A stretch of DNA of 64,000 nt from Amoeboaphelidium protococcarum X5 (Eukaryota > Fungi > Aphelidiomycota), in assembly GCA_023515725.1 (NCBI GenBank), contig JALDTO010000208.1, positions 497,868-561,867 on the forward strand, written 5' to 3'. Position 1 is the stretch's first letter, and each line of letters opens with the position of its first letter. This document shows, piece by piece, positions 54,779 to 64,000 of the stretch. Below the pieces are notes generated by a model that worked only from the letters and a program-made list of their open reading frames with translations, was not told the DNA's origin and searched no databases. The position numbers and the translations under genes were made by a program.

Positions 54779-55126
54779 ACATGAACCTGTGTAATCTTTA
54801 TATTCATTAGATTTGTTGCAATAACTAGGAAGGTTTAAATAAGCCCTTTGAGAATTTATCCAAAATACAAGAGATCCTTTGTTAAATCGATATATTTGTT
54901 GAAGCTTATGCGTGGATTGGCGAGACTATCGTGATCTGACGCGCCGCTTTGTGAGCATGTTCATTGGATGTACGCACGTGAACTGTCCGGATTTGTCACC
55001 TTTAATATTTAGATATTTGCGTTCATCATGATCTACTTCTTCTATGATAGCTTCGAACATATTGATATCTAATCTGCTACATATTTCTCATTATATCTAT
55101 TGAGCCTGCTGTTTGCTGTTGATAGC

Positions 55127-55995
55127 ATGGATAAGCCCGACTCTAGTTTAACTCCTCTCTCAGGGTAGCCGCGTTGCTTTAGTGACTGACCTTTAAATTT
55201 GTCAATCGTGTTAATAACGACGTGGGTGTATAATCTTATGAGCTCTCCGGAAAAGATTTAGAGTAGTTTGGAAAAGATAATGTATTATTGACTCTGGCAG
55301 AAACGTGCTTTGAGTCTTCTACGCGTAGAAAACGAAAATACACTATAGAATTGAAGGCTGATACTGACTAATTTAATGCCCAGCACGTTGATAAGATAAT
55401 AAATATGATGATGGATCCGCGATTGTCGGAGTCTTATAACTTTGATGAAGAGATTTCAACTCAGCATTATATGGCCAATGTGCTGGATTACTTTAACATT
55501 CAATTGCCGAAGAGTCCATTTTCTGTAGGTGCATCTTTGTACTAGAAGGCTCGCGCCCACTTTGTAGAACAGCACTCTTTGAAATGTCAACTACAAGAGG
55601 CTGCATATCAAGCGTTTCTTTAGGCGTTGGATGGGCTCGATTTCAACTTAATGGCAGATGAATTGTTCGACAATTGCGAGGGTGCCGTTGTTATCGAGAT
55701 ACGGTACAACGAAAAGGGCGAAGGGATGATCAGCTACCTCATAAATGATAATTTGTTTGACCACAGCAAGCTAAATTTGCCAAAGTATTCTGCATTGTGT
55801 TCCTATTAGGTGACGCAATTGGTGGAAGAACTTTAAAACACGCTTTAGACATAGTTTGCTGGTAACGCTTTGGAAATTTACACTGAGCTAAATCTTCACC
55901 TTGATGATGATTTTCCTCACTTTTTTCTATGCGCCCATTTAAAATTGGAGTACTTTGAAAGAATTCAAAGGTATTTAACTCAGAATTCTGCATGA
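55127..55995 (+). pseudogene. BTB/POZ-like family paralog 3, with a 1-nt frameshift near 55186
   Basis: Closely similar to paralog 2. RCFSD is followed by TGA, and the downstream TFKFVNRV is in a shifted frame. Confidence 0.65.
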
Positions 55996-56130
55996 AGTAA
56001 AATATAATACATATATTCGGCACGAATTTGATGCGTTTTTAGTTTTTGGTCACTCTCAGTGGACCTTCATCGATGATTATTCGCGCCTCTACCCGCTCTA
56101 AACAGTAATTATTGCTCGCCCGGATTTTAA

Positions 56131-56872
56131 ATGAGTACATACTTAGATGGGACATGGCAGAGATTACTGGAAACGGAAAGGACCGAAAGTGTCTATATGG
56201 CTAGCAATGCCAATCATCCAAGCTATTTGAAACTAGAGATGTTCCTCAATTTACAGTAAATAGAGATTGGTGCGAATGATAGTCATGTGTGAAAAATTGG
56301 ATAATTTTAATATAGTTTGAACGTTGCTTTGGAAGCAGTCAATCTCTTTCTATGTCTTTAAACTTGGCCGTTGGGATGCATTCTAGCGAGAAGCTTCGAA
56401 ATTTGATTAGTTTGATGGAATATTACTAAAGAAGTTGTCAGTCGCTGGTCTACCTTTAATCTCTTAGTGTCGATAGTGCTTTTTGTTGGTTGGCTCTGCG
56501 GATCTCGATCTTTAACTAAAGTGGTAGCAATTGATTACTAGACTGCGTTACCGTTAATCATTGCCTTAACCTACTGTTGGCCTCAAGCTTTACCTTCGAA
56601 AGCATACGTCTCGTAAATATTATGGCGGATTATAAGGATTAAGTGCCACTAATCTAATAGTGAAATAGATTGAATTGATCATGAACCATGTCTAAGATGA
56701 GCTCTGTGAGCCAACTTATTTCTAAAATGAAGACCATGTATTGATAAACGCCAATATATTTTAGATTCATTTCAATATCGATAATAATAATAATATAGAT
56801 CGTTCCCTTAGCGCAAGACCACCTAAGCAAAGTATCGTTATGCAATGCGAATGGCTCAATTTGAAGCATTGA
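56131..56872 (+). CDS. Hypothetical protein, probable intron and possible frameshift near 56350
   Basis: TGA-free frame 56321-56872 containing PTVGLKLYLRKHTSRKYYGGLQG. 5' structure uncertain. Confidence 0.4.
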
Positions 56873-58891
56873 TCTCAGTGTACATCTCGTCAATCTGCTT
56901 CTAATACTTCTCTTTGGCCTCCTTACGCTTCAATTTGAACGTAGGTGTCAGCAGATTGTTCTCCAGACTGAATAGCTCCGAGTCGACAAAGATGTTCTTC
57001 ACGTTCTCAAATCCTTTCAGGCCACTAGTCTTGCCATGAGCAATCAATGCTTCCAAGATAACTTTCTTCAGTTCCTCCATCTTGCACAACTCTGCAAATG
57101 ACTTGTTCTTGTACAAATCACCAGGCTACTTCTGCGCCCACTTCATCAACACTTCCTGATCTGGGACAATGATTCCCACCAAGCTAGCCTGCAGAGAATC
57201 GCCATACACAAACGCCTGTGCCACAAACTCATGACACACGTAAATGTTCTCAATCTTCTCTGCGGCAACATATTCTCCCTGAGCCAGTTTGAAGATATTC
57301 TTCTTACGATCGATAATCTTCACACGTCCCTGCTCATCAAACATACCGATATCTCCAGTCTTACACCATCCATCGCTGGTTAAAGTCTCTGCAGTCTTCT
57401 CCGGCTACTTGTAGTAACCACTGAAAATGTTGAAGCCTCTGAAGCATATCTCACCACGTGGATATGGAGTGTCTTTGGAAGTGTAGCCCATTTCAGGAAC
57501 ATCAATCAGCTTCACCTCACAGCACGGGAATGGAGAACCAACATGGCCAATCGTGTAATCACCTGGCTGCGTGATGGTTCCGGCAGCGCAAGTCTCAGTC
57601 TGTCCATAGCCTTCCAAAACTTCGCAGCCGAATGCCACACGCAAAAACTCAGTCACCTCTGGAGATAATGGCGCACCACCGGATACCAGAGCGCGCACTT
57701 TACCACCCAAACGGTCTCTCACCTTTCTGAACACCAAAGTATCCCAGAGCAAATGATGAACAGTGTTTGGCATGTTACCCTTCTTGGAGTTGTACGCCAT
57801 ATTGAATAGCTTCTACGACAAGCCGCCGGCATTCTTCACATTGGCCCAAATCTTGTCATAGATACGGTTGTACAGACGAGGCACAGATGCAAAGATGGTT
57901 GGCTTCAGCTCGGCAACATCATCCAACAGCTTCAGAGTATCACCCTAATAGAATCCAATTTTGGCACCGACACCGATCATAACAGAGAACAGAGCACGTT
58001 CCAGCACATGAGCCAGAGGCAGGTAGGAAATATGAACGTCCTTGTAATCAAAGTTGAATCCAGCTCCGTGCTGTCCAGCATAGCGGTATGACATACCAGC
58101 AGCCACCATATTCTTATGAGACAACATGACACCCTTAGGGAGACCGGTGGTACCTGAAGTGTAACAAATGGTACAAAGATCTTCAGCCTGAGGTGGACGC
58201 AACTCTGCAACATTCTCACTACCTTCACTCTCAGCATCGGACCACAGAATGATCTCAACACCGGCCGCCTTGGAACTTTCAACAACACCTGCAGGTACGT
58301 TAGTATCAAAGGATACAACGGTGGACATATGAGGTAGCTTGGGCTTCAGCTATATCAAAGACTAGATTTTATCTGCAGAGGCAAATACTAGCTTACACTC
58401 TGCCTAATTCAAAATGTACTCAATAGCCTCTGCACCAAGCGTGTCATACAGTGGAACAGTGCAGTAGTTGTACATGTAACATCCCTGCTCAGCGATGACC
58501 CACTCTGGACGATTGACAGAGTACAAGGCAATATTTCCTTTAACCTCAATACCCTTCTTCACCAGGAACGAGCCGATAGCTTAGGCAGACGCGTAAGCTT
58601 CTCCATACGTGACCCAAGTATAGGGGCCAGCAACACCATTCACCACAGATCTTCTACCCAAGAACGGACGATCCTTCGCCGTCTCAATGCCCTTCTTGAA
58701 GTTGTCCAACAGAGTCTTCACGTCAGGCAGAAGACTCTCCACCAAACCTTTGTCTTTGTTCACCCAGTTGCGCCTTACTCTGGTTTCTCCTACACCATTA
58801 AGTTTATACCACTCATGAAAGAGAGACACGATGAACGCCTACCTTCGGGCTGAGGACCTTCGACTTCAACACTAAATAGTTTCTAAGTCAT
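56856..58891 (-). CDS. Long-chain acyl-CoA synthetase (ACSL/LACS)
   Basis: [63 protein letters not shown]. Intron 58790-58842. Confidence 0.96.
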
Positions 58892-59690
58892 ATTACAATG
58901 ATCAGATCTTTGCTTATAAAGTCAACAGTAGTTTATAAATAATAATAAGATGGTATACAACACTAATAATAGTGTGGTAAAACGACTGCTTGATGATGGC
59001 TTCTGTATAGTTCGGGCTGAAATGAAGCGAGAAGCCGAGGGAACGAAAATTCAATTGTGGAGGCGGCGGCGTCTTTTCCGAGTGTCTGTTTGAGAGTCCA
59101 GGTTGGGTGTGGCGTCGTTGTTGATGAAGATGTTGATCGGCGGCGCGCATGTCACGGCAACTCGGCAACGGATCCGCACGCTCTCGCTCTCGTTATACAG
59201 CAGCTACGATCATCGTCGCTGACCAGGCGCGCTCGTTTCAGAGAGAAACAGTACAGAAGTGTAGCCTTACTGTAACACGCTGACATTCTAGAAAAGATCA
59301 GGCGCGCATTAGTTTAAGCTCAGTTCTCAGATGATTTCGATATTTTTCCCATTCCACTACACTGAGAAGAACTTTTGAGCTAAAAAGTATTCTCTACCCA
59401 TACTGCAATTATGATCAATTAAAAGAGTCCCATAGATTTTTGCTAATTGCAATTGCTTGATTAGCTTGTATTTAATAATGAGGCAAATTCCATAATTTAA
59501 GAGTATTTAAGGTACTGCATACTACAGCATGTCAGTACTAAGGAAGAAGAAAGTGATAACCGTGACGGTTAATTTGTTTTTTGTTTTGATTGACTTGACG
59601 TTGACGAGAAATTCTTCTTCTTTGACCGTTTCTGTAACAATCACAGACTGTAGGTGTTGTTAGAAATACTCTAAATTAGTAGACTGCGGT

Positions 59691-61733
59691 ATGAAAAGAC
59701 AAATTAATTACTCGGATGCTTATAAAAAGTCACAACTATCGGTATCAAAAGAAGATGTTAGGATCGCTGTTAATTAGTTTGAGCAGCAATAGTCCTGCGT
59801 TGAAGAGTCCAACAATAATGATTCTATTGAAACAATGAAAAAGTCTTAATCTTAATATGATTTACTTAGCTATAAGAGCCTAAATAATTGGTAATATTAA
59901 TAGTAATCTGATAAAGGACAAGATGATAATTAGTCTCATAATCGAAGTCAACCTGTGAAGCGGCCCAAGACTCCGACTAAATAGACTGGAACTTCCTCCG
60001 TACCGCATCAATTGACTAGTATTTAATCACCTCTATCATCTCCTAAAAGTAAGAAGCGTATGCCTGCTGTGGACCGATTTATCGCTGAGAGGAATTAGAC
60101 TGTAGATTTGGCCACTGCCCTTCTATTAAAAGGCGGAAGTCTCACTTCGCCGAGTAAGCGGAGAAATAAAGTAAATGGAGATAAAGGGAGCACGGACGCC
60201 GGAGATACTGATATGTAGAAAGAGGAGGCTAATCGTTTGTACTAGTCGGCATTGCACACAGAATTGTTCGGAGCACAGTCTGCCGATTGCTATCACAATG
60301 ATGGTACTCGTAGTTCTTAATTTGCCGATACCGCTTAGAGTAGTAGTAGTCATAATAGTTAAATGTAAACGCAGAATTCCATGGCAACCAATCAGACTGG
60401 AACCGATCAGTTTTAAAGAGGTTCTGGTAGTGCTACATCTCAAGCAAGAATATTACAATTCAATTCTCCTTCCTCTGCTCTAAAATAGATTAGAAATTAG
60501 CAACAGTAATCATAGGAGCATGTGTTTTCAGGCGCATTATCATCGCTGAAATCTCCAGTCAAGGCTAGAAGGAGACTCGACTTCTCATCTGTCATGCAGA
60601 GCCCACAACAGTTGAGTCGATTAACATCGAGTCCATTATCTCCAGAGACTTTGAATCGGCTGCAAAAGTCTATCAAGTCGCAGCGGGCAGTCAAAGTTCA
60701 AATTCCCAAACTTCCATACAAAGTGCTGGATGCCCCAGATCTTGCCGATGATTTCTATCTTAATCTCCTCGACTGGGGCTCACAGAATATTTTGGCTGTC
60801 GGGCTGGGTACCTGCGTGTATTTGTGGAATGCAGAGAGCTGTAACGTGGCAAAGCTGTGTGATTTGAGCGCTTATGACAATGTAACGTCTGTTAATTGGG
60901 CGCCCGATGGAAGGACATTGGCTTTAGGTACCAATCGAGGCTCTGTACAGATATGGGATACTGTGTAGTTGAAAAAGCTTCGAACACTCAGTGGTCATTC
61001 ATCAAGAGTAGGCACTTGTGCTTGGAATGGCTTAACTATAAGCACTGGCTCTAGAGATCGATCCATTCTGCAGAGAGATACAAGAATTGCTGATTAATCG
61101 GCATCGTTCGAAGTCAAGATGGTTGGTCATAAGCAGGAAGTTTGTGGTCTCAAGTGGTCCCCAGATGGTTAATCTCTTGCCAGTGGTGGTAATGATAATA
61201 AACTGTTGATTTGGGATGCTCGATTTCTATAGCAAGACTCCGGTAGACGCCCAACAGATGGTAGTACGGAATTACAACCGCGTCTTAAGTTTGCTGAACA
61301 TAACGCCGCCGTAAAGGCTATCGCCTGGTCTCCGCACTGTGCTGGATTATTAGCATCTGGTGGTGGGACAGCAGATAGACGGATTCGTTTCTGGAACACT
61401 GCAACTGGTCAACATATGTAATGTATTGACACTGGCTCACAGGTGTGTAATCTCGGTTGGTCGAAATTTAGTAATGAATTGGTGTCAACGCACGGATACA
61501 GTTAGAATTAGATTGTCGTGTGGAAGTGCCCATCCATGACACCGCTGGCCACCTTGACCGGGCATTCCTATCGTGTGCTATATTTATCAAGTAGTCCTGA
61601 TGGCAGTAATATAGTGACTGGTGCTGGCGATGAGACACTTAGATTTTGGAATGTGTTTAACAATCGCAAGAGTAGATCCTCTACTGGAACAATCTTGGAT
61701 GGCAATACTCAGTCTCATCGATAAATGTTCTGA
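59691..61733 (+). CDS. CDH1: APC/C co-activator Cdh1/Fizzy-related
   Basis: C-box-like [65 protein letters not shown]. Confidence 0.93.
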
Positions 61734-61894
61734 ACCGTAAACCTTTGAAAGTTGATTTTCACGTTTTGTACCACCCTATATAAAAGTCTATTTCCTTTAA
61801 AACTCAACTCTTGCGATGAAATGATGATGTAGCTTTATTTATACTTATCAATTTTAAAAGCGAATTATCACAACTAAACTAAATAGTATAGAAA

Positions 61895-62758
61895 TCATCT
61901 CTGTGCCCATTCCACCTTCAGAATCAAATTATCAAACGGATATCCATCCATCTTCTCCATTGCAAGCTCAGCACTTCTTCTAATGTTAAAGGTGACAAAA
62001 GCGTATCCTCTGCACATTCTAGTTTCATAATCTTAAGCAACTTTGACGCGCTAGATACCACCAAACTTGGAGAAAAGACTATACAAATCCTAATCTTGTG
62101 CATACTCTGATAGATTAGAAACTCTTAACGTTGTCAACTCTCCACCATCTCCACCAGGCGGCTGATAGGCAGAAGATGATCTTCCAGATGATGAACCGGC
62201 AGCTGATGCACTTGGAGGGATACCCATCTTTGCCCGCTGTGATGGTGGAATATACTTGCCACCGCCGAGTGTCGGTTTAGCAGCAGCTGATCCATCAGCA
62301 CCACTTACATTATCGGAGCTAAATGCAGCCGGACTCGCTAGTTTATCCAGAGTCTCGCTAAGCGGAGTAAGAGTGTCTTTATATGGACACTTGGCAGTGA
62401 AATGCTCTCCTTTACACACACGACATGTAATGGCACTGGTGGTCAGTTTCTTCACCTATTCATCTACAGTCAGCTTTGGCTTCTGCTCGACTTCATTCAG
62501 AGCGCGAACTCCCAATTTCAAAGTCACTTCCTCACCCAGAGTTGTAATACCTTCATCAAAAGTACCATGTCCAGTGGCCTATCCAAATTTCTTCCATTAT
62601 CTTCTCTCAATCACAGCATGATTAGCTTTCTACTTGCGCACAACTGTCTTTACCTTACGCGTAATCTTGATCTTCTCGCCCTTGTCATTTATGGAATACT
62701 CAACAATGACCTTGAGTCCATCTTGTTCAGTCACTTTAATTTCCGGTGCATCAACCAT
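61895..62758 (-). CDS. TIF35: Translation initiation factor eIF3 subunit G
   Basis: CRVCKGEHFTAKCPY, KYIPP, RRM TLRVSNLSE..CRGYAFV..LILKVEWA. Confidence 0.95.
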
Positions 62759-63041
62759 TTGTGTGTAACTATATTTTTCTAAAATACTATCAATGTAATA
62801 AAATTTGATGATATCAAGAATAAAAAAAGAAATCTCTCGTTCTCAAAATACCCGAAAGAAAGAGAGGCGAAAAGCGACGATGGAAAGACGGTCAGATTTA
62901 ACATTCTGACTACAGGAGAGAATTTGCAATCTTTTCTTTCTCGACGCTCTTCATATATCGGCTCACCTAACTGCAACCTCTATTGAAATTAATCTTTCTT
63001 TTCATCACTAATTTTAATTGGCGATAGTATTTGTGAATAAT

Positions 63042-63545
63042 ATGACCATGTAGAATAGTAATCCTCTGGTGAATGACGTGAAAGGTCCTTTTAGGTAAAA
63101 GAGTGAGGATGATATGAATCCTGATGTGGAAGATTAGATTGACAGTCTGGAGGTGTTTGATCTTATACGCGATATAAATGATCCTGAGCACCCGCTCACC
63201 TTGGAGTAGTTAAATGTTGTCACTCTGGAATAGATTGATGTTAGGAGACTGCCAGAGAGCGACGACAAGTACATGATATCTATTGACTTTACGCCAACCA
63301 TCCCACATTGCTCTATGGCCACTCTCATCGGATTGGCGATCCGTGTCAAGTTGCAGCGATCTCTTGCCAGGAATTGTAAAGTATCTGTTAATATTAGAGA
63401 AGGCACTCATCAGAGTGAGGTGGCTATTAACAAGTAACTGAATGATAAAGAACGCGTTGCCGCCGCGATTGAGAATCCAAGCCTGTCCTCTGTTGTTAAT
63501 TTGTGCATCGCCAGATCAGTTTCCGTATCAGCCGGTGACATTTGA
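63042..63545 (+). CDS. CIA2: Cytosolic Fe-S assembly factor CIA2/MIP18 (FAM96B)
   Basis: INDPEHPLTLEQLNVV, FTPTIPHCSMATLIGL, NKQLNDKERVAAA. Confidence 0.95.
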
Positions 63546-63627
63546 ATTGTAATAATGTATCTTGTTTTTTATCTATTTTGTATTAGTTTTACATTAGTAT
63601 CCTCGGTATTTATATAACATATATAGA

Positions 63628-64000
63628 TCATATATTTTAACATTATATTCTGCTCACTTTTCGAGGGCGCAATCTGTGAGCAATTGTTAGGTGAGACAAG
63701 TTGGAGGTCATTTCCTGGTCTTGAGTTTGTTGAGTATCTTCTTCTTGATGGTGTAATTGATCATTCGCTGTGATTGTACTTTCGAATGGTTGCTCTTCTT
63801 CTTGCATCATCTCCTAATCGCAAGGCTAGTGTTATTACCTATATTCCTCGTCCTGACTTGGAACGTCTACCGGGAAAGGAGTCTAAGTCTCAGCTGCCAG
63901 TAATAAGAACGGATGATGCAGAGCCTTGTGCGGTGTTATTCTTTAATGAGGATCATAGAGTAAACACTGGGAAATCAAGTCCATAAAATTTCTATAATAT
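63628..64000 (-). CDS. 3' end of a CMGC-type protein kinase (partial)
   Basis: FMDLISQCLLYDPHQRITPHKALHHPF, followed by a Q/E-rich tail. Confidence 0.8.

Noticed and set aside
6650-61733. Functional cluster of mitotic genes (APC1, Cnd1, KNL2-like, Cdh1) or translation genes (DPH7, EFM7, LTN1, eIF3g)
   Set aside because: They are interspersed with unrelated genes, which is expected by chance in a gene-dense genome.
1-64000. Interpreting the many in-frame stops as mass pseudogenisation or RNA editing
   Set aside because: The interrupting codons are only TAA/TAG, fall at Gln positions, and the essential genes are otherwise intact.
1-64000. tRNA (including suppressor tRNA-Gln), rRNA or CRISPR arrays
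   Set aside because: No cloverleaf, rRNA-like sequence or repeat-spacer pattern was seen by eye.

Overview
Compact, gene-dense eukaryotic nuclear DNA of fungal/holomycotan type that uses a non-standard code: TAA and TAG read as Gln and TGA is the only stop (translation table 6). That is why the supplied ORF track is fragmented. Re-reading by hand gives about 30 mostly intron-poor genes with short (53-71 nt) GT-AG introns. They include MGMT, ERG3, RPN12, a PC-domain-only APC1, Cnd1/YCS4, MPP-alpha, THOC7, PDX2, a KNL2/Mis18BP1-like protein, URM1, Grx3/4, PBDC1, a nucleotide-sugar transporter, DPH7, a Syp7-like SNARE, a Nudix-CCCH-W2 fusion, VIT-vWA, a PASK/PIM kinase, BAR-PH, a GRIP golgin, Bit61/HbrB, LTN1, EFM7, CWC2, three BTB-like paralogs, an acyl-CoA synthetase, Cdh1, eIF3g, CIA2 and a partial kinase. 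Fungal-like proteins plus UAR=Gln point to the aphelid Amoeboaphelidium protococcarum or a relative (inference). Two transposon graveyards are present: 1-3.2 kb (two decayed Fanzor/TnpB-like genes plus a Copia fragment) and 51.2-53.6 kb (KDZ/CxC and Gypsy remnants). All family calls come from motif recognition by eye; no searches were run.
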